A program made the position numbers and the translations under genes. A DNA stretch of 64,000 nt from Candidatus Latescibacterota bacterium (GTDB lineage Bacteria > Latescibacterota > UBA2968 > UBA8231). The notes beneath the pieces are model-generated. The model did no database searches. It worked only from the letters and a program-made list of their open reading frames with translations, and was not told the origin of the DNA. The stretch lies in assembly GCA_965242865.1 (NCBI GenBank), contig CBDETK010000013.1:3968001-4032000 (forward strand). Direction: 5' to 3'. Positions 19,722 through 28,599 of the stretch are shown here, one piece after another; position 1 is the stretch's first letter; each line of letters opens with the position of its first letter.

Positions 19722-20599
19722 ACATCGTCGATGCCCATATCCACGTCTGGTCCTCGGACTTCGACCGGTATCCACTGGCCCCCGGCTTTGCGCCCGCGGA
19801 CTTGTGGCTGCCCTCCTTTACGCCCGCCGACCACTTTGCGTATAGCCGCAAGGTCGGCAAGGTCCGCCTCAACCTAGTGCAGATGACTTGGTACGGCCTC
19901 GACCACCGCTACATCCTCGACCTGATCGCCGCGGACCCTGAGACCTACGCGGGCACCGGCATTGTCCCGGGGGTCTCCGACGTGTCGCTGGCCGATCCGG
20001 GCAAGGCCATGCTCGCCTTGGCCGAGGGCGGCATTTGTGCCTTTCGCGTGCGCGGCGGCAAGACGGGGCGTCCGACCGCCTTTGGCCGGTTGGACCGCTG
20101 GCTCGACTATCCGGGCTATGAATCGATGTTCCGCACCGGGGCCGAGCACAATCTGGCCCTCAGCTTCCTCATGGGACTCGCGGACCTACCCGGGCTGGTC
20201 CGCCTCTGCCGCCGCTTCCCGGAGACCCCGGTCATCCTCGACCATCTCTGCGGGGTGCGCCTCCGCGACGGCGTCTGGCCCGAAGGCGACATCCGCACCC
20301 TCTGTGCCATGGCTCGCTACCCGCGCGTCATGGTCAAGCTCGGTCCGTTCCAAGCCCTCGGCAACGGCGAGGCCCCCTATCTAGACCTCCTGCCCCTCAT
20401 CAAGCGCGTCGTCGATGCCTTTGGCCCGGAGCGCGTCATGTGGGAAAGCGACAGCGGCGGCCCCGTCCGCATGAAAAACCCCGCAAACGACTTTGCCGCG
20501 GCCATAGCCCTGATCCGCGACCACGCCGATTTTCTCAGCCAAGGCGACAAGGAATACATCCTCGGCAAGACGGCCGAGGACTTCTTCTTTAACCGCTAA
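19718..20599 (+). CDS. Amidohydrolase_2 family protein
   Basis: GTG start overlapping the previous stop; 'IVDAHIHVW', 'VILDH', 'AFGPERVMWESD'. Confidence 0.85.
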   Translation: MNIVDAHIHVWSSDFDRYPLAPGFAPADLWLPSFTPADHFAYSRKVGKVRLNLVQMTWYGLDHRYILDLIAADPETYAGTGIVPGVSDVSLADPGKAMLALAEGGICAFRVRGGKTGRPTAFGRLDRWLDYPGYESMFRTGAEHNLALSFLMGLADLPGLVRLCRRFPETPVILDHLCGVRLRDGVWPEGDIRTLCAMARYPRVMVKLGPFQALGNGEAPYLDLLPLIKRVVDAFGPERVMWESDSGGPVRMKNPANDFAAAIALIRDHADFLSQGDKEYILGKTAEDFFFNR

Positions 20600-20707
20600 A
20601 CCACCAGCGTTTGCGGAGCAGACCGCTTCTGAGGATTGCCGTAGAAGTACAGGTTGCGGCTTCTGCGTTTAGGCTTTTATTTAACGACGGCAAAGAACCT
20701 ACAATCA

Positions 20708-20845
20708 GGGGCGGCCCCCCGTGCCTGCCCGTTAGAATTCCGTTGGGGCAGGCCCCCGTGCCTGCCCGTTAGAATTTCGTTGGGGCAGGCCCCCGTGCCT
20801 GCCCGTTAAAATTTCGTTGGGGCAGGCCCCCGTGCCTGCCCGTTA
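20708..20845. repeat. Tandem array of about 3.7 x 37-bp units, each holding a REP-like hairpin
   Basis: Unit GGGGCAGGCCCCCGTGCCTGCCCGTTAGAATT(C/T)CGTT at 20708, 20745, 20782, 20819; stem GGGCAGGC/GCCTGCCC with 6-nt loop. Confidence 0.9.
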
Positions 20846-20969
20846 CAGCGGCCCATTTGGGGTTGGCAGATGAACGAGACGATGGTTAAGCATTTCACAT
20901 CAAGCAGGGGCCTTGCTGTGGGACAAAACCCTGTTGAGTGCTTGGATTCATCGTCGGATTTAATGTGTC

Positions 20970-21020
20970 GTAAGTCCTTGAAAAACAACAACTTACCCCC
21001 CCCCCCCCCCTCCCCCCCCC
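20970..21020. repeat. Imperfect palindrome followed by a C15-T-C9 homopolymer
   Basis: GTAAGTCCTTG-AAAAA-CAACAACTTAC, then C-run 20996-21010, T, C-run 21012-21020. Confidence 0.85.
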
Positions 21021-21373
21021 GAAAATTCTCCGCTAGCACCAAGCACTAAGCTCTCTACTTCTCAGCATAGGCCGACGGATTGTGCGCGGCTGTTGGGCGG
21101 CGCGTCGGTCTGGTCGCACGACCCCAAGCGCACACTACCGTGCGGCCTTTGTGCTGATCCACCTTTACAGCACCACCCCCGCAATCAGTCTGCCAAGGAC
21201 CGAGAGCGGAATCTCTTCGACCCAGACACCGCGAGAACACTAGCAAAGGCGCACCCACAGCAAGGGGCGCGTCCTGAGCGCTCCAAGTATAGCCCTAGGG
21301 CTAGCTCTGCCTCTTTCGGTGCGTCATGCCTCTCTTCCAGTTTCCACACCATATCCATACAAAGGAGCAAAAA

Positions 21374-23086
21374 ATGTCTTCGTTGAAATCGATGAAAACC
21401 CTGCTTGCGTTCGTCCTTTTGGGCATCGTCGCTGCTTGGATGGGCTGCTCAGACTCCGCGCCGGTGGCCTCTCGGCCGGCGGGCAAAGCCACCTGTTCCT
21501 TATGCGAATTCTTGGGCGACGACACCTATACCGCTACCGATGGGCTGCCCGCCCCCGAAAGCCCTGACACCACCCAAACCGACGCTGACGCCGACGCCGA
21601 TAGCACACAGACCGACGCTGATGCTGACAGCACCCAATCGGCCACCGTGGAGTTTGCCGACGCCAATCTGGAGCGAGCGGTGCGGGAGGCGTTGGACCGC
21701 CCGCAAGGGCCGATTACCCCGGCGGACTTAGCGGCCCTAACCGAACTCGACGCTAGCTATAAAAACATTGAGAGCGTGGCCGGCCTCGAACACGCGACAG
21801 CACTGACAACGCTGTATCTGCGGGGCAACGCGATTACGGACGTCAGCCCGTTGGCCAGTCTGACCAATCTGCACACGCTGTCGCTGTGGGGGAACAAGGT
21901 GGCGGATGCGAGCCCGCTGGCCAGCCTGATCAGCTTGCGCAAGCTGGATATGTGGGGCAACGAGATTACCGACGTGCAGCCGTTAGCTCGCCTAACGAAC
22001 CTGCAATTTCTCCAGCTAGGAGACAACGAGATTGCGGATGTCAGTCCCTTGGCCAGCCTGACCAACCTGCAATGGCTGGGCGTGATGGAAAACGCCCTCA
22101 GCCAGCACGCGGCCAACCAACAACTCGCCGCCGCGATAACAAGCGGCCTCCGCGTCGTAGCGGTGATCGAAAAATACCCCCGCGTCGAAACCATCCAAGT
22201 CTATCCAGAACCGGAACCGACGGGACCGACAGAACCAATCCGCGAACTGATCGCCCTATACTGGACGGACTATACCGCGGGTACGATTCAGCGTGCCGAC
22301 CCGGATGGCACAGACGTCACAACCGTCGTCACCATCACGGGATCGAATCCATCGGGCATCGCACTGGATCTAGAGAACAGAAAGGTGTACTGGGCGGACG
22401 CTGGCGGGCATAAAATTAAGCGGGCCGACCTCGATGGCTCAGGCGTCGAAACCCTCATCATGGGATTGAGTGGTCCATCGGGCATCGCGCTGGATGTGGC
22501 GGGCGGAAAGATGTACTGGGCGGAAACGAGCGGGAGAAAAATTCAGCGGGCCAACCTCGATGGCATAGGCGGTGCCGAAGACCTCACCAACGCAGACATG
22601 GAATTGAGTTTTCCAGCGGGCATCGCGCTGGATGTGGTGGGCGGAAAGATGTACTGGACGGACCAAGGGTCGGATAAAATTCAGCGGGCCAACCTCGATG
22701 GCTCAGGCGTCGAAACCCTCGTCACCTTAGAGAGCGTTTCGGCGGATGCGTTGCTTACTCCAGTGCGCATCGCGCTGGACCTGTGGGGCAGAAAGATGTA
22801 CTGGACGGACCAAGGCGCGTCGGAGACCCCGAACTCAGTAAAAATTCAGTATGCCAACCTCGATGGCTCAGACGTAGAAACCCTCGTCAACACGGGATTG
22901 GTTGAGCCATTTGGCATCGCGCTGGGGCCGCCGGATGAGGCGGGCGAAAAAAAGATGTACTGGGCGGACTATGGCACGGATAAAATTGAGTATGCCAACC
23001 TCAATGGCTCAGAAAGGAGAACCCTCATCGACATGGCCGACTTAGGATTGACGCTTCCATCGACCATCGCGCTGGAGATTCGGTAG
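21374..23086 (+). CDS. Secreted lipoprotein with internalin-type LRRs and an LDL-receptor-class-B (YWTD) beta-propeller
   Basis: AAGGAG RBS; signal ending 'AAWMGC'; 'FADANLERAVR' LRR cap; 22-aa 'L..L.L.GN.I.D.SPLA.LT.' repeats; six YWTD/YWAD/YWAE blades. Confidence 0.85.
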   Translation: MSSLKSMKTLLAFVLLGIVAAWMGCSDSAPVASRPAGKATCSLCEFLGDDTYTATDGLPAPESPDTTQTDADADADSTQTDADADSTQSATVEFADANLERAVREALDRPQGPITPADLAALTELDASYKNIESVAGLEHATALTTLYLRGNAITDVSPLASLTNLHTLSLWGNKVADASPLASLISLRKLDMWGNEITDVQPLARLTNLQFLQLGDNEIADVSPLASLTNLQWLGVMENALSQHAANQQLAAAITSGLRVVAVIEKYPRVETIQVYPEPEPTGPTEPIRELIALYWTDYTAGTIQRADPDGTDVTTVVTITGSNPSGIALDLENRKVYWADAGGHKIKRADLDGSGVETLIMGLSGPSGIALDVAGGKMYWAETSGRKIQRANLDGIGGAEDLTNADMELSFPAGIALDVVGGKMYWTDQGSDKIQRANLDGSGVETLVTLESVSADALLTPVRIALDLWGRKMYWTDQGASETPNSVKIQYANLDGSDVETLVNTGLVEPFGIALGPPDEAGEKKMYWADYGTDKIEYANLNGSERRTLIDMADLGLTLPSTIALEIR

Positions 23087-23213
23087 GCATGGAAATAGAC
23101 CCGTCTGGGCAGACAACGTGGCCTAGAAACAGTGCTTGTCAAAGGGAGCTTTTTTACTAGATTACCCCAGCACTCAATCAATCTCCTCCATCGCTCGCAA
23201 AGGAGTCTCAATC

Positions 23214-24020
23214 GTGAAAATCGGCCTCTACGCCTCCATGTTCGGCAAAGACGATCCACCCGCCCTGCAGAGCATCGAAAGTTACATCGCCCACGCCTAC
23301 GACCTCCGTCTCGACTTGATCGACTTCCGCCGCGACCGCGGCTTTAGCTCCGAAGACGCTTCCTACCTGATCGAGACCAAGCTGGCCTGCATCGAAAAGG
23401 GGCTTGCCATCGGCTACTTGGCTTCCGGTGGGCACTTTGTCGGCAGCGACGAAGACCTGCGCGACAAGGTCGCCACCGCCAAGGCCGACATGGACATCGC
23501 GCTGATTTTGGGCGCACCCATGATCCGCCTGTTCTGCGGCCAGCCCCTCACCGACCCGCAGGAGCGCGCCCGCGAAATTCGCTGTTTTCAAGAAGTGGCC
23601 GACTACGGCCTCGAAATAGGCATCGCCATCGGCTTGCAGAACCACCCCTCCACCGGCGACGACGTCATCCGCATCATTGAAGAAACCGACCGGCCCAACT
23701 TTAGCTTTCTGCTCGACACCGGCCAGTGGTGTGGTTCGCCGGCCCGCAACCGCGGCCTTCCCGACCCAGATCACGACATCTACGCTTACATGCAGCAGAC
23801 CGCCCACCTAGCCACCCACGTCCGCGCCAAGTTCTACAAGATCGACAGCGGCAAGGAGGAGTGGATCGATTACGAGCGCATCGTCCCCATCCTCGCCGAG
23901 GCCGAGTACAACGGGCCGCTCTCGGTCGTCTTTGAGGGCCAAGCCATCAACGATTGCGACGACAAAGAAGTCGTGCGCTTGGCGGCCGCCCACCTGCGGG
24001 AGGTGACGGCCCGGCTCTAG
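23214..24020 (+). CDS. Sugar phosphate isomerase/epimerase (AP endonuclease 2 TIM barrel)
   Basis: AGGAG RBS with GTG start; 'GLQNH', 'LLDTG', 'HVRAK', 'YNG.LSV.FEG'. Confidence 0.8.
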   Translation: MKIGLYASMFGKDDPPALQSIESYIAHAYDLRLDLIDFRRDRGFSSEDASYLIETKLACIEKGLAIGYLASGGHFVGSDEDLRDKVATAKADMDIALILGAPMIRLFCGQPLTDPQERAREIRCFQEVADYGLEIGIAIGLQNHPSTGDDVIRIIEETDRPNFSFLLDTGQWCGSPARNRGLPDPDHDIYAYMQQTAHLATHVRAKFYKIDSGKEEWIDYERIVPILAEAEYNGPLSVVFEGQAINDCDDKEVVRLAAAHLREVTARL

Positions 24021-24046
24021 GTACTGTTCAAGGGGCTATGCCAAGA

Positions 24047-24685
24047 CTACACGTTACCCGACTGTTGGTGTTGTGTAGTTAGGGCGGAGGTACGTTCCCA
24101 AGTTCGCGCAACCAACGGCACAGTATTACTCCCAGGGGCATTCGAGGCAATGTGCTGCGACAGAGACTCGATACTGAGATGGATCGCCCTACGGCTTCGA
24201 TGGTATAGAGCCTGAACCAACAGGCTGCATAGCTCATACGCTACGTATAGCATCAGAATGGGAGCACCGGTTGTGATGTGCCAAAATACCGATAGCATCA
24301 TGCGTTGATAAATGTCCTGCACGAACTTCCTGTATTCTTCGTTGTGCAAGGCTGCTAATTGATCGTCCAAATCATCAGAAAAAGGTCGTTCTTCTCGCGA
24401 GTCTTTTCTCAACCCCCAATAGGCCGCCAGCACTCCCCAAATACTCACTCGATGACCGTGACGCAATAATCCATTGAGGGTTTGCCGCATCGTCACATAC
24501 GAGGGAGTGTCTAAGGGAATGCCCATACTGTGGGTCTTTATAAAAAGCAAATCTCGCAACACAAATAGCTTGTGTCGCAGTAGGTCGATCCGAAATTTGC
24601 GGTATCCCCAAAAGTAAATTATCCACCCAATTAATACATAAATCACCAGCCTGATACCGGCGATCGCTTCCATTTCAGTAGTCAT
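24047..24685 (-). CDS. Hypothetical membrane protein
   Basis: 212-aa lower-GC ORF with hydrophobic segments; ATG overlaps the upstream gene's TGA (ATGA). Confidence 0.7.
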   Translation of the reverse strand: MTTEMEAIAGIRLVIYVLIGWIIYFWGYRKFRIDLLRHKLFVLRDLLFIKTHSMGIPLDTPSYVTMRQTLNGLLRHGHRVSIWGVLAAYWGLRKDSREERPFSDDLDDQLAALHNEEYRKFVQDIYQRMMLSVFWHITTGAPILMLYVAYELCSLLVQALYHRSRRAIHLSIESLSQHIASNAPGSNTVPLVARTWERTSALTTQHQQSGNV

Positions 24686-25110
24686 GGCTCGTCCTCCGGA
24701 TGTGTGTCCCCTGTTTCCGTCAGGTTACTAGATGTGCGGTTGGGATCTATGTGCTTTTCAAGTTCCTTTGTATATGCTGCTCTATGCTTTGTGTTTCTTT
24801 TTCGCAGTCTGCGCTCTCTTATCGCCCAAAGAGTTGTACCGCCTGTGAGCAAGTATAAAATACCTCTGTCAAGTTTTAAGTCGGTAATAGCTTTGAGTGC
24901 AATATCTGTAGCAGTGGTTTTGCCGGCTAGACTATCTACCATTAAATACAAGAAATAGAAACATACAATGATACCTACCCAACGTATCAGCCCATTAAAA
25001 ATCCCCCCAATAATGTCCCATTTTTTATAGTATTTGGCCCATTCAAGCTCGGCATTAGTTCGCGATCTTTCTGAAAAACCTTCACCCTTGCGACGACGAC
25101 GTTTCGCCAT
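24682..25110 (-). CDS. Hypothetical two-TM membrane protein
   Basis: GGAG RBS before ATG 25110; basic N-terminus, two hydrophobic helices, 'LEK.IDP.RTSS.LT..G.T.PED' tail; low GC. Confidence 0.7.
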   Translation of the reverse strand: MAKRRRRKGEGFSERSRTNAELEWAKYYKKWDIIGGIFNGLIRWVGIIVCFYFLYLMVDSLAGKTTATDIALKAITDLKLDRGILYLLTGGTTLWAIRERRLRKRNTKHRAAYTKELEKHIDPNRTSSNLTETGDTHPEDEP

Positions 25111-25339
25111 ATCTAACTCCTTAGAAGCGTTCTTAAAACTAGGGTTTCGGTCGCTCAATCGGCCCAAAATATCTAGGACCGAGGGCGTCTCGCCTTATGA
25201 AAAACGTTGGACGCCAAGGCCGCTCAACAGCCCTACCCAGCGTCCAACGGGGGTCTTAAAAACGCTTCTTATCCTTATTGTTGAGAATATATGCTGGACG
25301 TTGGACCCGATCAACTTTGGGATGTTGTCAGGCAGGCAC

Positions 25340-26221
25340 TCACCCCCCACCTAACCCCTCGTGGGCGTAGTGCCAGTCCTCCAAATGGTTGAGCAACACG
25401 CCTGCAGTCCAAGTCGGGGGACGCTGCAAGGTGGCGTGGATCTCGGCCTGCTTGGCGGCGATGTGATCGCGCTCGAGCAGGCGTTGGTTGAAGGCCGCTA
25501 TTGCCTCTTCCTCGATAGTGCCCTCCCGTCGCACCCAGTCCTCGAAAGCGAGATAGGTCGGCAGCTCTTCGCGGAGCAACGTTAGGGCCGCGTCTTGATC
25601 CACCTGCAAGGTCTGCAAGCAGCGCTGGTCGAGGCTGCCCTCGGCGCAGTCCGGGTAGTCGGGATGCAGCAGGCTCTGGGCACGCAGGCAGGTCTTGAGC
25701 CAAGTACGGGGAAGCTGACAGACGCCCAACGGGCCTCGGTCAATGCTGCTGAGGGTTGGGGCCACAGGCCCGGACAGGCCCGGGACATCAGGCGCGAAGA
25801 CGCGACGATGGAAAAGGTGCCAATCCTGTAGGCAGTTGAGCAACACGGCCGATACTTCGGTCGTCTCCTCCGGCGACCAGCCTATATCCCGATAGGTCTC
25901 GTCAATTTTGGCCGGGATATAGTGAGTGCGCTGCACCAGCGACTTGTTCCAGCGTGCGATGCGGAGGGCCTCGCAGGAGCCTTCGGCCGCTACCCACTCC
26001 TCAAACTGTAGGTACGTAGGCCGCTGGTCCCACAAAAAGCGCAAGGCGCGCTCCTCGTCGAGACGCAGCACCTCCAGCACGTATTTGTCGAGACCGCGGC
26101 TGCAAAAGGGATAGTCCTCGTCGAGTTGTCCGGCTTGGTGGAGGCGGTTTTTCCACCACAGACGCGGCAGTTGGGCCACGCCTAGCGGGCCTTGACAGAG
26201 GGTGCTGACCAATGGGATCAC
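25340..26221 (-). CDS. DUF5069-like protein with two tandem homologous halves
   Basis: 'GPLGVAQLPRLWWK...DYP.C..GLD' repeated as 'GPLGVCQLPRTWLK...DYP.C..GSLD'; AAAGGAG RBS. Confidence 0.7.
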   Translation of the reverse strand: MIPLVSTLCQGPLGVAQLPRLWWKNRLHQAGQLDEDYPFCSRGLDKYVLEVLRLDEERALRFLWDQRPTYLQFEEWVAAEGSCEALRIARWNKSLVQRTHYIPAKIDETYRDIGWSPEETTEVSAVLLNCLQDWHLFHRRVFAPDVPGLSGPVAPTLSSIDRGPLGVCQLPRTWLKTCLRAQSLLHPDYPDCAEGSLDQRCLQTLQVDQDAALTLLREELPTYLAFEDWVRREGTIEEEAIAAFNQRLLERDHIAAKQAEIHATLQRPPTWTAGVLLNHLEDWHYAHEGLGGG

Positions 26222-26233
26222 GGGTTGCTCCTT

Positions 26234-27088
26234 TCAGGTGGCCGCCAACTCAAACAGCGGCGCGTTCCCCTCGGCGCGGCCCCGCAAGTCTTCCACTTCG
26301 GCGGCCGTGAGCGGCGCGAGGCGGTCGGCCATGTCCAAGGCCATTGCAAAGAGGGGGGCCTCACCGGGCGGCAGGGCGGCGGTGATGGGTTGCGATAGGG
26401 CGAAGCGCAGGGCCAGTTCGGCTAATGCGGGATCGTCAATGGGATCGTACCAGCATTTGGCGTAGCGTTTCGTCGCCCCTTGGGGCAGGCGCGAGCGGGC
26501 CATGGCTTTGAGCGCTAGGCAGGCGACGCCGCGCTCTTGAGCCTTGGCCACGACTTGGGGGCCGAAGTCGGCTTGGAAGTAGTTGACCCAGTTGACCGGG
26601 AAGAGCACTGAGTCAAAGGGGAAATAGTCCAGCAGTTGCAGGGCGATTTCGGCCGAGTGGGCTGAAAAACCGATATAGCGCACCAAGCCTTGGTCGCGGG
26701 CCTCCACGAACGCGGCTAAGGCGCCGTCGGGGGCTGTCGCCACGGCGAAATCCTCGGCTGTCGTCATGGCGTGCAACTGGTACAGATCGAAGTGATCGGT
26801 GCGCAGGGTTTTGAGAGATTGGCGCAACTCGGCCGCGGCGCCGGTTCGCGTGCGCTCGGTAGTCTTGCAGGCGAGGAATACGTCGCGGCGAAACGGCTCC
26901 AAGGCCGGTCCCAGACGCTCCTCGGCGTTGCCGTAGGTCGGAGCCACGTCAAAGTAATTGACGCCGCGCTCGACCGCTCGCCGCACTAAGCGGGCGGCCT
27001 CGGCCGCTTCCACTTGGCTGACGACGATGCCGCCAAAGCCGAGTACGGAAAGGTGCTCCCCCGTGGTGCCGTAGGGACGTCGCTGCAT
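26234..27088 (-). CDS. Aldo/keto reductase
   Basis: AGGAG RBS before ATG 27088; 'LSVLGFGG', 'GVNYFDVAPTYG', 'FLACKT', 'TDHFDLYQLH'. Confidence 0.88.
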   Translation of the reverse strand: MQRRPYGTTGEHLSVLGFGGIVVSQVEAAEAARLVRRAVERGVNYFDVAPTYGNAEERLGPALEPFRRDVFLACKTTERTRTGAAAELRQSLKTLRTDHFDLYQLHAMTTAEDFAVATAPDGALAAFVEARDQGLVRYIGFSAHSAEIALQLLDYFPFDSVLFPVNWVNYFQADFGPQVVAKAQERGVACLALKAMARSRLPQGATKRYAKCWYDPIDDPALAELALRFALSQPITAALPPGEAPLFAMALDMADRLAPLTAAEVEDLRGRAEGNAPLFELAAT

Positions 27089-27249
27089 GGGTCTTCTCCT
27101 ATTTTTTAGTGGAATTCTACAGGTTAGTTGGCGTCTTGCAACGTCGAAGCACCGCTGGTTGAGACGCTGCCTCCCGACGAACCGCTCAGTGCCAAGAGCA
27201 TTGCTATCGCGATTAGATTCGTCTGCCGCATGAGAAACCTCCTCGTTTG

Positions 27250-27465
27250 CCGCAATCGGCCGGGCACCTGGCCCAGATTCACCGCCGACGATAACCCCGT
27301 CAAGTCCCGTCAAGTCCATATCATACAAAGGGCCGAGCAAAGGTTCGAGGGACAGGAACTTCGTCTTTGCCCCGGTTGCCTTGAGCCGCGCCATTCGATC
27401 CAACCATCTTGAAGATTCAATGCTTGTGCCAAGCCAGATACTCGGCGTCCAGTTTAGCCTTTCAT
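27250..27465 (-). pseudogene. Fragment of a DUF5131 (phage Gp37/Gp68-like) gene
   Basis: 'IWLGTSIES...R...L..T.AK.KFLSLEPLLGPL..MDL.G.D.VIVGGESGPGARP' without the N-terminal CxxxCxxC region. Confidence 0.8.
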
Positions 27466-27659
27466 CTCCTAGCCTGATCGACCAAGACCGGCAGCCTCTG
27501 TGCGAATATAGCAAGCGTTGGGTGCGGTGCAATGTCGTCAGGATAAGCCCGCTAGGACGAACAGAGAAGCGGAAATCGCCTTTTGCCCTATATTGTATTC
27601 GTCCTCACCTCTAGACGAAAGGACCACAGAATGTCCAAACGAGAGAACATGACGCCCGA

Positions 27660-27789
27660 GGGGAGCGAAGATGGCCGCGTCTTGGCCCTAGAGTTCGGTG
27701 CCAGTGCCGAGGATGTGGCCCGCACCGTCCACGCGCATCCCGCGCTGTCAGAGGTCGTAGGCGAGGCGGCGCGGGCCGCTGTGCCATGA
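27660..27789 (+). pseudogene. lpdA: C-terminal remnant of dihydrolipoamide dehydrogenase
   Basis: '[29 protein letters not shown]' matches the HAHPxLSE C-terminal motif; its TGA overlaps the SDR ATG. Confidence 0.8.
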
Positions 27790-28559
27790 GACTCGCCGAC
27801 AAAGTCGTCCTCATCACCGGCGCGGGCGCGGGCATTGGCCGCCAAACCGCGCTGCACTGTGCCCGCGAAGGCGCGCACATTGTGGCCGTTGATGTCAACG
27901 CGGCCACGGCTGAGCAAACGGCCGAGGCCATTGCGGCCGACAACGGGCAGGCCATGGCCATCGCGGCCGACGTGGCCTGTGCCGCCGACTGCGAGCGCAT
28001 GGTACAGCAAGCCGAAGCCGCGTATGGCCGCCTCGACGTGTTGTTCAACAACGCTGGCATCTCACACCACGCCGACGCCGACGCCATCGCTACCGAAGAA
28101 GAGGTTTGGGACCTGACCATGGCCGTCAATCTCAAAGGCGTCTTTTTGGGCTGCAAATACGGCATTCCGGCCCTGCGTCGCGCCGGCCGCGGCGCGATCA
28201 TCAACACCGCCTCTTTTGTCGCTTTGCTCGGAGCGGCCACGCCTCAACTGGCCTATACCGCCAGCAAGGGCGGCGTCCTCGCCCTGACGCGCGAGTTGGC
28301 CGTTGTCCACGCGCGCGAAAACATCCGCGTCAACGCGCTCTGCCCCGGCCCCTTGCGCACCGAGCTACTGATGCAATACCTCGACAGCGAAGAAAAACGC
28401 CAGCGCCGCTTGGTCCACATCCCCATGGGCCGCTTTGGCGAGGCCGAGGAAATCGCCCGCACGGTCGTCTTCTTGGCCTCGGACGACGCCTCCTTCATCA
28501 CTGGCGCGACCTTTGTCGTCGATGGGGGCATCACCGCCGCGTACGTAACTCCAGCGTGA
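27786..28559 (+). CDS. Short-chain dehydrogenase/reductase
   Basis: 'TGAGAGIG', 'NNAG', 'YTASKGG', 'VNALCPG'. Confidence 0.92.
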   Translation: MRLADKVVLITGAGAGIGRQTALHCAREGAHIVAVDVNAATAEQTAEAIAADNGQAMAIAADVACAADCERMVQQAEAAYGRLDVLFNNAGISHHADADAIATEEEVWDLTMAVNLKGVFLGCKYGIPALRRAGRGAIINTASFVALLGAATPQLAYTASKGGVLALTRELAVVHARENIRVNALCPGPLRTELLMQYLDSEEKRQRRLVHIPMGRFGEAEEIARTVVFLASDDASFITGATFVVDGGITAAYVTPA

Positions 28560-28599
28560 GGCCGCTTGTACCCACCGCACAACTCAGAAAGGGCAAACC

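Noticed and set aside
20620-20670. Minus-strand 'RNLYFYGNP' resembling an LRR end
   Set aside because: Too short to support a pseudogene call
20708-20845. Possible CRISPR array
   Set aside because: The inter-hairpin segments are short and nearly identical rather than unique spacers, and no cas genes are present
26234-27532. 432-aa DUF5131/aldo-keto reductase fusion protein
   Set aside because: The reductase has its own RBS and ATG at 27088; the upstream part is a partial domain plus non-coding-looking linker, in frame by chance
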